From positions 11,690 to 75,689 of the forward strand of contig JAYVGX010000034.1 of the NCBI GenBank assembly GCA_043771685.1: DNA of 64,000 nucleotides, read 5' to 3'. The position numbers and the translations under genes are program-made. Source of the DNA: Minisyncoccota bacterium (lineage in GTDB: Bacteria > Patescibacteriota > Minisyncoccia > Phycocordibacterales > UBA9973). Under the pieces are notes generated by a model, which was not told where the DNA came from, searched no databases, and saw only the letters and a program-made list of their open reading frames with translations. Of the stretch, positions 48,050-57,838 are shown in pieces (the stretch's first letter is position 1; the number at the start of each line of letters is the position of its first letter).

Positions 48050-48610
48050 TTATTTTATTTCTGATACTAATTTAGTGAGAGTTGGACTGCCACTCCACTT
48101 TTTAATTAAGTTGCCATCTTTGTCTACTTGAACCAATGTATGTTGATATGTCACACCGTATTTCTTCTTTAGATCTGTCTCTTTATCATAATCTAATTTC
48201 AAAATACTAACTCCTGCTGGAATAGAACTTATATTCTTTTCTATGTCGCCATTTAGACCTCTGCATGACGGACACCATGATGCGTGGAAGAATAGGACAA
48301 CATCACCAGTTTCTGCGCGGGCGAGCTTCTCGATTGCATACGCTTCATATGATCCTTTTACTACGTTATCATTTTTATCCATTGTGACTGTACTGTCTTT
48401 CATCGTTTCACTTTTTCCTTCCATTGTCTGGTTTTCCATCATTTTTTTATCTGCCGTTTCTTGTTGTTCCATTTTTTCCTTGGCCATCATTTCGGCATCT
48501 TTTTGTTCTACCATACGATTATTATTCCCCATTTTTGATATTCCAAACATTATTACTACTACGACAATTGCTGCCACGATACCCAACCTCGATACATTAT
48601 TAGCGCTCAT
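48050..48610 (-). CDS. Membrane-anchored thioredoxin-like protein (TlpA/ResA-type), the likely reductant partner of the CcdA-MsrAB fusion.
   Basis: Signal-anchor helix, then FFHASWCPSCRGL (WCxxC). Confidence 0.7.
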   Translation of the reverse strand: MSANNVSRLGIVAAIVVVVIMFGISKMGNNNRMVEQKDAEMMAKEKMEQQETADKKMMENQTMEGKSETMKDSTVTMDKNDNVVKGSYEAYAIEKLARAETGDVVLFFHASWCPSCRGLNGDIEKNISSIPAGVSILKLDYDKETDLKKKYGVTYQHTLVQVDKDGNLIKKWSGSPTLTKLVSEIK

Positions 48611-48705
48611 ATATTTTATATTTTTATTAATTATAATATATAAAGTATATATAATTTAAAAACAGATGTAAAGTCAACCTTACATTTAAACTGTGGATAA
48701 ATACT

Positions 48706-48987
48706 TTAGATTTTTTTATCGCTCTTTATATGAACACTTTTAAAAGAAGCTGTGATGAGTTTCATCTTGTCACTTCTTTTGAGATTTTTTATGCGAGCTT
48801 CTTCTTTTGATGCAGTGGATCGGTCTTTTAATTTCTTGGAATAAACTAATTTAACTGGTTGTCGAGCTGAAGTATACTTTGCTCCGAGTGTCTTGCCGTT
48901 GTGCTCTAAAACCCGTCTTTTTAAATCCGTAGTGATTCCAGTGTATAAAGTCCCATCAACGCATTTTAGAATATATAGGTGGTACAT
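48706..48987 (-). CDS. GIY-YIG nuclease family protein (UPF0213/YhbQ-like).
   Basis: YHLYILKCVDGTLYTGITTDLKRRVLEHN. Confidence 0.75.
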   Translation of the reverse strand: MYHLYILKCVDGTLYTGITTDLKRRVLEHNGKTLGAKYTSARQPVKLVYSKKLKDRSTASKEEARIKNLKRSDKMKLITASFKSVHIKSDKKI

Positions 48988-49019
48988 TGTTATGTATTAT
49001 AACACTTTAATTCTAAATC

Positions 49020-49522
49020 TCCCTACTGTCATACGCCCAGTGTAGGAGTGCTTGACGCTGACGAGGTCGACAAGATACATCGCCTACTCGACAATTTTTT
49101 ATTACTGCACCAACATGTCGACGAATTGCTATCCATCTTTTTATTTGTCTGTTGTCTTCTTTTTCTAATCTGCGTCACATATGATATCGAGCGTACCACT
49201 CAAACCATCCTCTAGGATCGTTTTCATTTATCCAACCCTTTTCGATCCAAACAGACATTGGTTGACTGGCATTTATATTGAAATAATTTAATTCTCTGTG
49301 CGCTTGTTTATCAACAGATAGTTTAGCTCGAGTAAACCAATCTTTGGGATATTCTGTTGGTTTATCAGAAAAATACACTCCCCCAAAAACACCGAGTGCG
49401 AGCATCTGTTTGGGCGTTAGGTCAGGTTTAAAATCTGATCGGAAATTCTTCCCGATTGGTTCGGTTAGGAAATAGACATAGTCTTTTTGAAATGAATTAT
49501 TTACAGTTATTTTCTTTTTCAT
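49020..49522 (-). pseudogene. Hypothetical gene with an in-frame TGA and a compositionally distinct (~48% GC) 3' portion.
   Basis: ORF 49175-49522 ends ...GWFEWYARYHM-TGA. The same frame continues RRLEKEDNRQIKRWIAIRRHVGAVIKN...RPRQRQALLHWAYDSRE to about 49020. Confidence 0.35.
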
Positions 49523-49540
49523 TGAGTATAAATTAGTTTT

Positions 49541-50836
49541 TTATTTGATCATATTTTTTGTAACTTTTGGCATATATAAAATAGGATCTAGATAAGCATT
49601 AACTGCGGCAATCGGCATAATAAATGTTTTACCTGAACAAGACAAACTAGGCACTGTCTTTACACTTGCTCCGTCAGAAGCATAAACTGTCACGTGTAGA
49701 TGTGGTCCAGTCGAGTGACCAGTATTCCCGGAGAGAGCCACTGTATCACCTGTATTAACTTTATCACCAGCTTTTACACTAACAGATGACAAGTGACCGT
49801 AAGTACTAGATAAACCATTATTATATTTTATAAAAACCCACTTACCAAAAGAAGCACCTTTGCAGTATTGATCTGTATCACCAGTACCCACAACGACACC
49901 ATCAGCCATAGACTTCACAGCTGTTCCAACGCTTGCACGAAAATCAACTCCACTATGTGAACCAGAAGCATACAGGCGTCTCGATGAAACAGTACGTCCA
50001 AATAACTGAGTTATTAATACGTTGCCTAATGGCCAGGAGAGGACTCCGCTTCCTTCGCTTGGCAAGGATTTAGGATTGAGAACAAATTTCAATTGTTCTT
50101 CGTACTTACGTAAACTTGATTCAAAGATATCTCTTTTTTTTATTTGTTCGGCTAATTGTTTTTTATAATTAGCTTCTTGGTTTTTTGTTTCCAAAAGCAG
50201 TGTATCTTTTTCTTTTTTTGTACTTTCTATTGCAGTAGTTTTTTCAATCAAAGTTTTCTGTAGGAGTGTCAGATTTTTCTGCTCAACTTCTTTTTTATCT
50301 TTAGAAATATCCATAACTTTAACGTCTTCTTTTATTCCTAACATATGGCGTCGGATACTTTCATTTATAAGTAAAGTATCGTTATACCCTTTACTAAAGA
50401 AAGAGAGTAACTTCCCACTGAATAATTTCTCTAATTCGTTCACTTCATCATTCTGATGCATATCATAAACCAAATTAGATAATGACTTTTTTGAAGAAAT
50501 TATGTTTTGGTTTTGAGTATCGATATTTTTTTCTAAACTTTTTATTACACTATTTGCTAGAGATATCTTTTTATTAGTTAGCTCTTTTTCTTTTAATAAT
50601 TTATTGCGAATTAGATTCAGTTCTGTAATGATTTTTTTTAGACTATTGGCTTCGACATTGGTTTTAGCTATTTGGTTTTCGTATTTTTTTATTTCAGTAT
50701 TGATTTTCTCGATTTGCTCATTGGTCTTGTTTATTTGATCCTGTAGCTCAGATGCTTCATCAGCAAAGACAGTATGATTCATAAAAAACATAAGAGAAAA
50801 AACCAGCACTATATTAAATATAATTTTTTTTAACAC
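49541..50836 (-). CDS. M23-family peptidase with an N-terminal coiled-coil (EnvC/LytM-like murein hydrolase).
   Basis: Signal peptide, long coiled-coil, C-terminal M23 motifs (HSGVDF...; GNTGHSTGPHLH). Confidence 0.8.
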   Translation of the reverse strand: MLKKIIFNIVLVFSLMFFMNHTVFADEASELQDQINKTNEQIEKINTEIKKYENQIAKTNVEANSLKKIITELNLIRNKLLKEKELTNKKISLANSVIKSLEKNIDTQNQNIISSKKSLSNLVYDMHQNDEVNELEKLFSGKLLSFFSKGYNDTLLINESIRRHMLGIKEDVKVMDISKDKKEVEQKNLTLLQKTLIEKTTAIESTKKEKDTLLLETKNQEANYKKQLAEQIKKRDIFESSLRKYEEQLKFVLNPKSLPSEGSGVLSWPLGNVLITQLFGRTVSSRRLYASGSHSGVDFRASVGTAVKSMADGVVVGTGDTDQYCKGASFGKWVFIKYNNGLSSTYGHLSSVSVKAGDKVNTGDTVALSGNTGHSTGPHLHVTVYASDGASVKTVPSLSCSGKTFIMPIAAVNAYLDPILYMPKVTKNMIK

Positions 50837-50851
50837 TTTATTATTATACTA

Positions 50852-52333
50852 TTATTTCGTCAATATTTCTATAGAAATGCTCAGTCTTTTTATCGTTTGT
50901 TCTTTTCCAAGAATCTCGGAAAGAGTGAATGGATCTGGACTTTTATCTAACCCTGATAAGGCATAGCGCATAGGCCACAACACATCCCCTCGTCCAACTT
51001 TTTCTGCAAAAGGAAAAATTATTTCTTTGATATTTTCTTTAGTAAATTCTTTCTCGTCTATTTTTTCTAGTAGAGAAATGAGTTCTGACATATAAGTTGC
51101 GAGAATGTTGTATTTATCATCTGACTCTAATTTAGAATTTTTGAAAAGTAAAAAATCTTTCTGATAAACAGGCTCGATGAAAAAGTAATTTAATTCACCA
51201 TTGTCTATCATGTCTACAACATCTTTACCTTTTGAAACACGTTCCATAACTATAGGAGTGATGTTGTGGAGCATGGTAGTTGTATAAGTTGGTAAAGACT
51301 TTATGTGTTCTGGAACAAACTTGGAAATAAAAATTTCTTTATCTTCGTAAGAGAGTTTCTTTAGATGCTCTCTATTGAACCAATCGAGTTTATCGGTATT
51401 GAAACCTCCACCGCTACGATTTATATTTGAAATATCAAATGCCTCTATGAATTCACTGGCACTCATTATCTCTCTTTCATCTCCTGGATTCCATCCTATA
51501 AATACAAGGAAATTCAGCATTGCCTCAGGCAAATATCCTTCTGCTTTATAGTCTAGGATGTCTTTTGCTCCGTCTCTTTTACCTAATTTCTTTTTACCAT
51601 CAGGAGCCATAATAGGTGGTAGAGTCACGAATAGAGGCGGAGTAATCTCTAGAGCTTCATACAAAGCAAGAAATTTAGGTGTTGAAGAAATAAATTCATC
51701 TGCTCTCATGATGTGAGTCACTCCCATTTCTAAATCGTCAATCATATGAGAAAGATTGTAAGTAGGATAACCATCACTTTTAATCAAAATGAAATCATCA
51801 AGTGCTTCTGGTCCAGCAGAAAGTTCTCCGTACACGAGATCATTCCAATGATATGATTTTATATTTGAAACCTTGAATCGAAGTGGTTGCGTACCGTCCC
51901 ACACAGGTGGATTCTCTGGTCTGTGATCTCTAAATAAAAATGGTCTCTTTTCTTCTTGAGCTTTTTGTCTGAAACCCTCCACTTCTTCTTGCGTGTACGG
52001 ATCCGCATATGCTAGTCCTTTATCTGCTAAAATCTGTGCATATTTCTTATATGTATCTAATCGCTCTGACTGAAGATAAGGCGCATTTGGACCACCTATG
52101 TCCACTCCTTCATCCCACTGAACTCCAATCCACTTTAATGATTCAACGATATGCTCAATCGAACCCTCTACTTCACGAGCCTTGTCTGTGTCTTCGATAC
52201 GTAGAATAAAGTCTCCTCCATTCTTTCTTGCGAAAGCCCATGCGAAAAGAGCTGTTCTAACACCTCCTATGTGTAAATAACCTGTTGGACTCGGAGCAAA
52301 ACGCGTTACGATTTTTTTATGATTATTGTTCAT
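50852..52333 (-). CDS. gltX: Glutamate--tRNA ligase.
   Basis: RFAPSPTGYLHIGGVRTALFAWAFARKNGGDFILRIEDTD and KMSK-like motif. Confidence 0.9.
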   Translation of the reverse strand: MNNNHKKIVTRFAPSPTGYLHIGGVRTALFAWAFARKNGGDFILRIEDTDKAREVEGSIEHIVESLKWIGVQWDEGVDIGGPNAPYLQSERLDTYKKYAQILADKGLAYADPYTQEEVEGFRQKAQEEKRPFLFRDHRPENPPVWDGTQPLRFKVSNIKSYHWNDLVYGELSAGPEALDDFILIKSDGYPTYNLSHMIDDLEMGVTHIMRADEFISSTPKFLALYEALEITPPLFVTLPPIMAPDGKKKLGKRDGAKDILDYKAEGYLPEAMLNFLVFIGWNPGDEREIMSASEFIEAFDISNINRSGGGFNTDKLDWFNREHLKKLSYEDKEIFISKFVPEHIKSLPTYTTTMLHNITPIVMERVSKGKDVVDMIDNGELNYFFIEPVYQKDFLLFKNSKLESDDKYNILATYMSELISLLEKIDEKEFTKENIKEIIFPFAEKVGRGDVLWPMRYALSGLDKSPDPFTLSEILGKEQTIKRLSISIEILTK

Positions 52334-52334
52334 A

Positions 52335-53462
52335 TTATTTTTCGTGAATCATAGCTAGTTGTATAATTTCTTTTGCTATTTCTTCTCCTGCATTTCGATT
52401 AGCAAAAGATTCTGCTTTTTCTTTCATTAATGATAATTTGTTCGGATTATCAAAGAGATCGTTTATATCGTTTTCAAAAACATGAGTTGTTAGATTGGAC
52501 TCTTCTATCACCTTGCAACAACCAGCACGAGCATACGAGTATGCATTTTTTCTTTGATGATCACCGTTTGATTGAGTGATCGGGATTATGATTGAAGGCA
52601 ATCCCCAAGACGCTATTTCAAAAATAGCAGATCCTGCGCGGGAAATCACTAAATCAGCAGAACCTGTTGCCATACGAGTAATTACATTATTCATATAAGG
52701 CAGTGCAACATAACGCCTAGAATAAGAAGAATTTGTTAGAACAAAACTTGATCTACCTTTTACATCTTCGAAATTCTTGACTCCAGTTTGATGAATGACT
52801 TGATATTTCTCTACTAAGTTAGGCAATGAATTTATAATTATATCGTTTATAATCTGTGCACCGCTTGAACCACCGATAATAAGTATCGTGGGAATGTCTT
52901 TGCTTAAATTAAAGTATTCATGTGAATTATTACTACCAGTTAGTAGTATTTCTTTACGAATAGGTTGACCAGTGAATGCTGTTTTTTCTTTTGGAAAATA
53001 CTCTGCTGCTTCGGGCCACGAAACAGCTATACGACGAGCAAATTTAGCTGTCCATAAATTTAAACGTCCAGGATATGAATCTGATTCGTGAAGTATAACA
53101 GGTATACGCAGTATACGAGCAGCAAACACTGCTGGAAAAGCAGCGTAACCACCTTTTGAGACAACTACGTCTGGATAAATAAAAAACATAGATATGAGTC
53201 CAAAAAACATTCCTGTTGCTGTTTTAAAATAATCTATAAAGTTACGGAAAGAAAAGTACAAACGCATTTTACCTGACGGGATCTGGACATAAGTAATACT
53301 ATTTTCAAAAAGCATACGTTTATCGTACGGTGAATCAGACATATAATATAACTTAATATCGATTATTTTTTCTTTCTCTGAAAATTCGATGATTTTTTGT
53401 GCTATAGCGATAAGTGGGTAGAAATGCCCACCAGTCCCCCCGCCTGTTAACAATATTTTCAT
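52335..53462 (-). CDS. murG: UDP-GlcNAc:undecaprenyl-PP-MurNAc-pentapeptide GlcNAc transferase.
   Basis: MKILLTGGGTGGHFYPLIAIA N-terminal G-loop; GT28 architecture. Confidence 0.9.
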   Translation of the reverse strand: MKILLTGGGTGGHFYPLIAIAQKIIEFSEKEKIIDIKLYYMSDSPYDKRMLFENSITYVQIPSGKMRLYFSFRNFIDYFKTATGMFFGLISMFFIYPDVVVSKGGYAAFPAVFAARILRIPVILHESDSYPGRLNLWTAKFARRIAVSWPEAAEYFPKEKTAFTGQPIRKEILLTGSNNSHEYFNLSKDIPTILIIGGSSGAQIINDIIINSLPNLVEKYQVIHQTGVKNFEDVKGRSSFVLTNSSYSRRYVALPYMNNVITRMATGSADLVISRAGSAIFEIASWGLPSIIIPITQSNGDHQRKNAYSYARAGCCKVIEESNLTTHVFENDINDLFDNPNKLSLMKEKAESFANRNAGEEIAKEIIQLAMIHEK

Positions 53463-53506
53463 ATAGTTCTTATTGTAACGTATTTTAAATAATAAAAAAA
53501 GGGTTA

Positions 53507-54619
53507 TTATTCTTTAGGTTTAGCTTTGGTTTGGAAGCGAGATATATTTAAAATTACACCCACCATAGCAAGAGAAAGAAGCAGAGATGTTCCTCCATGA
53601 GATATAAAAACTAAAGGTACGCCAGTTAATGGGAAAACTCCGATGATAGAAGCCATATTCATAAATGATTGAGCTGTTAGCATAGTAACAAAACCGATAA
53701 TGAGTAACCTCGAAAAAGAATCTGGCGCATTTCGTGCTATTTTATATCCACGTAAGAAGAAAATGACATATAGAAATATCACAAACAAACAACCCACGAA
53801 ACCAGTTTCCTCTCCTATGACTGCAAATATCGAGTCGCCTTGTGGTTCGGGTAGATAATTGAATTTCTGAACACTCTGACCTAATCCTCTACCTAAGGTT
53901 CCACCAGATCCGAGTGCGATAAGAGACTGTTGTAGCTGATATGAACTCGTACTACTGTTGGCACTAGGATCGATAAAAGTCTTCACTCTTTCCATTAAAT
54001 ATGGTTTTACTAAAACGAGAATCACGAACAAAACAACAGCCCCACCAAATAGACCCAGTATGTGTTTCCATGGTGCACCAGAAATAAAGAGCATGGTTAT
54101 CGCTGTTATCGTTATTAAAATTAGACTTTTTGTATCTGGTTGTTTTAATAAAACAACTCCTATAATAGAAAGCAATACTCCGAGTGGTACAATACTGAAA
54201 TTGAATTCTCTAACTCTATTACGTGCAAATGACAACCATGCAGCGAAATAAATAATAAAACCAATTTTCAAAAACTCCACAGGCTGAAATGAAAATCCTA
54301 ATACAGAAACCCACCGACGTGCTCCACCATGAGCGAAACCGAATCCTGGTACAAAAACCAAAAGAGTTACGATAATAGATGCTATGAAAAAGAAAAGTGA
54401 ATAATGTTTTAGAAATTTATAAGGTATCTTTAATGAAAAGTATAATGCGATAGAACCACCAACAAGACCAAAGATGAATTGGTTAAAAAGAACGCTATAA
54501 AACTTTGATTCATTGCGAGCAAGTATCCCCAGAGACGCACTAGTGAAAAAAATAACTCCTACAACAACAAGAGAAAGTGTTATGAAAAAGAAAATTTTAT
54601 CAATTTTTTTTATATTCAT
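53507..54619 (-). CDS. ftsW: SEDS-family peptidoglycan polymerase FtsW/RodA.
   Basis: Ten-TM SEDS protein sitting between mraY and murG as in the dcw cluster. Confidence 0.85.
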   Translation of the reverse strand: MNIKKIDKIFFFITLSLVVVGVIFFTSASLGILARNESKFYSVLFNQFIFGLVGGSIALYFSLKIPYKFLKHYSLFFFIASIIVTLLVFVPGFGFAHGGARRWVSVLGFSFQPVEFLKIGFIIYFAAWLSFARNRVREFNFSIVPLGVLLSIIGVVLLKQPDTKSLILITITAITMLFISGAPWKHILGLFGGAVVLFVILVLVKPYLMERVKTFIDPSANSSTSSYQLQQSLIALGSGGTLGRGLGQSVQKFNYLPEPQGDSIFAVIGEETGFVGCLFVIFLYVIFFLRGYKIARNAPDSFSRLLIIGFVTMLTAQSFMNMASIIGVFPLTGVPLVFISHGGTSLLLSLAMVGVILNISRFQTKAKPKE

Positions 54620-54620
54620 A

Positions 54621-55670
54621 CTAGCTAATCAGAAATAAAACAACTCCAAGGATGGCCGACATCAATCCTACAATCCAATACCTCATTGTAACTTTTGATT
54701 TACTCCAACCGATAGCTTCGAAATGATGATGCAACGGTGCAAATAAAAATACTTTCTTCCCATTTCTGAATTTACGTGAAGCAATTTGTAAAACATTAGA
54801 AACGACAGTTGCAAAAAGTGGTAGTGCTATAATTGGCAGAAGTAGTACTGTATCTGTAAGAAAAGCTATAACTGATAGAGTCATAGTGAGTCCCAACATA
54901 CCTGTTTCTCCCATATAAAAACGTGCCGGTGGTATATTGAACCATAAAAAAGAAAGGATACCTCCTGTAACAACAGAACAAAAAACACTTAAATTTATTT
55001 GATTATTAAAAAAAGCAATCAAAGCAAAGCTAGCGAAAACAGAGGCTAGTACACCACCAGAAAGTCCATCGATACCATCGATAACAGATGACGACCAGAC
55101 AGAAAGTGTGACTAAGATAAAAAACGGTATAAATAGAAAACCAAGTTCAATAAAACCCAAAAATGGTACGTACACACTAGATATTTCTAATTTATCAAAA
55201 AACCAAAATGAAATAAGAGTGCTGAATAAAACAATTATACTTACTTTTATATAACGCAATTTAATAGGATCTGTTGCCCAAGTTCCCCGCCCAAAAATCT
55301 GAATTAAATCATCCATTAACCCCAACAATGAAGCGATGATCAGAGTAAATAGTGGTACCAATGTTTGATCACGACTAATAAAATATAATTTTTCAGTAAT
55401 AGCGCTAGGTAATAGCATATACAAAAAACCAATTAAGAAAATGGTAAATACAACAGATAGCCAGATGATGATACCACCGACTCGTGGAGTGGATACTTCG
55501 GACTTGCTGTCGTGGAATCTCTGAATACTACCTGGAGCTATGTTTTCAGAACGTGATTTCTTTTTCCAAAGTTTATATTTATAAAAATAGTGAGTTGCAA
55601 TTGGCGTAATAGATATACCAATAATGAAAGCCACGACACTCGGTAAAAATATCTTTATTGCATTAGTCAT
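54621..55670 (-). CDS. mraY: Phospho-N-acetylmuramoyl-pentapeptide transferase.
   Basis: DDLIQIFGRG... and VIDGIDGLSGG motifs. Confidence 0.9.
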   Translation of the reverse strand: MTNAIKIFLPSVVAFIIGISITPIATHYFYKYKLWKKKSRSENIAPGSIQRFHDSKSEVSTPRVGGIIIWLSVVFTIFLIGFLYMLLPSAITEKLYFISRDQTLVPLFTLIIASLLGLMDDLIQIFGRGTWATDPIKLRYIKVSIIVLFSTLISFWFFDKLEISSVYVPFLGFIELGFLFIPFFILVTLSVWSSSVIDGIDGLSGGVLASVFASFALIAFFNNQINLSVFCSVVTGGILSFLWFNIPPARFYMGETGMLGLTMTLSVIAFLTDTVLLLPIIALPLFATVVSNVLQIASRKFRNGKKVFLFAPLHHHFEAIGWSKSKVTMRYWIVGLMSAILGVVLFLIS

Positions 55671-56208
55671 TGTTTATTTGTTGTAAAGTTTCTTCTAATT
55701 GTTGACGGATTTTTTCAAAATTTGGCAAGTCCTCGATACTAGACGCTCCCATAAAAGTAAGCGCTTCGATACTTGGTTTGTATAGAACCTTGCGACTATC
55801 AGTGCTGTCGATGTAACGTTCTATCAATCCACGGACAACGAGGTTACGCAATATAAAACCAGAATTAACTCCACGTATATAGTCTATCTCACTACGAGCA
55901 ACTCCATTTTTATACATAACAATAGACAAAGTTTCCAGAGCTGAACGAGTCAACTCTTTTGTAATTTCGTCTTTACGGATTGATTCGATAGTCGGTCCTA
56001 GTTCTTTAACTATACCCAGAACAACTTCGTCTTCGTGACGTACTAAAACCAAACCTCTGTTTTGTAAATTGTTTTCTAGAATCAATAAACTTTTTTCTAT
56101 CTCTTCTATTTCAACATTTAAAAGTTCCGCCAATTTTTTGATTTTGACATTTTCGCCTTTATAAAAAAGCAGGCCTTCTATTTTTTGTTCTAAAGTTATT
56201 TCATTCAT
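55663..56208 (-). CDS. scpB: Segregation and condensation protein B.
   Basis: Tandem winged-helix ScpB pattern (IEGLLFYKGENVKIKKLAELL...; LETLSIVMYKNGVARSEIDYIRGVNS). Confidence 0.8.
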   Translation of the reverse strand: MNEITLEQKIEGLLFYKGENVKIKKLAELLNVEIEEIEKSLLILENNLQNRGLVLVRHEDEVVLGIVKELGPTIESIRKDEITKELTRSALETLSIVMYKNGVARSEIDYIRGVNSGFILRNLVVRGLIERYIDSTDSRKVLYKPSIEALTFMGASSIEDLPNFEKIRQQLEETLQQINND

Positions 56209-56217
56209 ATTTTTGTG

Positions 56218-56295
56218 CTTGATAAGTAATATTAAAATTTTTTGTGTCTGGTGACTTACCCCGAGGACCGAAAAATTTTAATATTACTTATCAAG
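56218..56295. repeat. 25-bp perfect inverted repeat with a 28-nt GC-rich loop, exactly filling the scpA-scpB intergenic space.
   Basis: Left arm CTTGATAAGTAATATTAAAATTTTT (56218-56242), loop TTGTGTCTGGTGACTTACCCCGAGGACCG, right arm AAAAATTTTAATATTACTTATCAAG (56271-56295). The right arm overlaps the scpA stop codon. Confidence 0.8.
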
Positions 56296-57064
56296 ATAAT
56301 TCCTTTACAATTTCCTGCTTATTAATAGTAATGTCATCAAAAGAGTTATTCTGAACTACGTCTAGTATACCCTCACGTACCAATTCTAGCATAGCCAAGA
56401 AAGAAACGATAACGTGAACTTTTGCTTCAGCACTGTCGCGCGCACCAAAGCTTTTTGAAAAATCTTTGAAAGAAGTATTCATAGCACTCTGGATTCTTTC
56501 GGTTAAATTATTTATAACTTCATCTATATTTATAACTTTTTTTATTTCAATTTGAGGTAGTTGAACTTCTTTTTTAGGGGCGTTTTTAAGTACGTCTTCG
56601 ATCGAGATTGCAATTGTATTTACTGTCATTTGACTATCTGGAGAAAATATAGGCTCAGACCAAACACGATCAACAGGAGTAAATATTATTTGAGTACCGA
56701 AATTATTTTTAATTTCAACGCTTGCATTTTTAATTATCTGATAGAGCTTGAGTCTTTGTTCTAGATCAACTATCTTTTCTTTTTCATCATTTGTTAATTC
56801 TAAGTTAGGTAATAATGATTTAGATTTTATGAGTATCAGAGTCGCTGCAATTAAAACGAAATAAGATATATCGGCGATGCGTTTTTCTTGAGGAATATCA
56901 ACTAATTTCTTAACATACGATATATATTCTTCTGTGACTTGAGCAAGCGTTATGTCATTAACAAAAAGCTTGCGTGCCTCTACGAGACTCAGCAATAATT
57001 CCAACGGCCCTTCAAATGAAGGTTGTTTTATACTATATACCGAGATTTTTTCCTCTTCTTGCAT
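56291..57064 (-). CDS. scpA: Segregation and condensation protein A.
   Basis: FEGPLELLLSLVEARKLFVNDITLAQVTEEY: ScpA N-terminal signature. Confidence 0.8.
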   Translation of the reverse strand: MQEEEKISVYSIKQPSFEGPLELLLSLVEARKLFVNDITLAQVTEEYISYVKKLVDIPQEKRIADISYFVLIAATLILIKSKSLLPNLELTNDEKEKIVDLEQRLKLYQIIKNASVEIKNNFGTQIIFTPVDRVWSEPIFSPDSQMTVNTIAISIEDVLKNAPKKEVQLPQIEIKKVINIDEVINNLTERIQSAMNTSFKDFSKSFGARDSAEAKVHVIVSFLAMLELVREGILDVVQNNSFDDITINKQEIVKELS

Positions 57065-57095
57065 CTTTTGATTATAACAGGATAACGGTGGTATT

Positions 57096-57132
57096 CAAAA
57101 TAAAAAGCCTGGGACACATTTGTCTCAGGCTT
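57096..57132 (-). terminator. Hairpin terminator after the IMP-cyclohydrolase-like gene.
   Basis: AGCCTGGGACA..TGTCTCAGGCT stem flanked by A- and T-runs. Confidence 0.5.
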
Positions 57133-57149
57133 TTAGCGCTATGTAAACA

Positions 57150-57737
57150 TTATTCTATTTTATAAGTTCCTAAAACTGTATCGAAACTTAGCCCATCGAA
57201 AAAATTGGCAATATTAGCATCATACTCTGCTAGTACTTTAAAAGTATTTCTAGATCCTTCTAATCTCATATTTAAAGTAGAATAGCCATTTTGATAGCTC
57301 AATTTTGTAATAAATTTATCATAACCCTCTGCACTTGCTGTTGGTATAGTCATAACCTCTAGATAACGAGTAGCACCAGATTTTAAAGCAAAAGGACCAA
57401 GGACATCAATATGAATTCTACATTCTTCAATGGTAACACCTTCTTTTCTGACTAATTTATCAAATGGATATAGGTCCACTATAACCAAATCGATAGACGA
57501 TAAGCCGCCATCTGTTTCTGGTATACCAGTATATCCTGATACTAGTATAATTTTTCCATCCCGCACATCTAAAGGAAAATATATTTCAAGATGAGAATAA
57601 GTTCCTCCGCTTGAAAAAATAGTTACCTGGCGACAAATTTTAAATAGAGCATCCACCAGCATAACAATATTTTTTTTGTCATGCACATCAATAAATACAT
57701 TTTTAATATGCACGAGATTTTTTACCTCTCTAATCAT
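57150..57737 (-). CDS. Stand-alone MGS-like domain related to the PurH IMP-cyclohydrolase N-terminal domain.
   Basis: TIFSSGGTYSHL...VSGYTGIPETDGG...IDLVIVDLYPF resembles PurH IMPCH motifs (STGGTA..., TGFPE..DG, DLVVVNLYPF). 195 aa only; no AICAR-transformylase domain. Confidence 0.45.
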   Translation of the reverse strand: MIREVKNLVHIKNVFIDVHDKKNIVMLVDALFKICRQVTIFSSGGTYSHLEIYFPLDVRDGKIILVSGYTGIPETDGGLSSIDLVIVDLYPFDKLVRKEGVTIEECRIHIDVLGPFALKSGATRYLEVMTIPTASAEGYDKFITKLSYQNGYSTLNMRLEGSRNTFKVLAEYDANIANFFDGLSFDTVLGTYKIE

Positions 57738-57838
57738 AATTTATTTTATTTAATTTTTAGAAAATCAATTTAATTTATTGAAATACTACACTATTATAAT
57801 ATTTTGTAAAGAATAAAAGTTTTCCACAGTTTATATAG

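Noticed and set aside
49172-49174. In-frame TGA, considered as evidence for genetic code 25 (TGA=Gly), which would fit the GRR context.
   Set aside because: Long conserved ORFs (hsdR 1010 aa, leuS 803 aa, lepA, valS) are uninterrupted and end at TGA/TAA/TAG under the standard code. Genome-wide TGA recoding would fragment them, so this is a local nonsense or pseudogene event.
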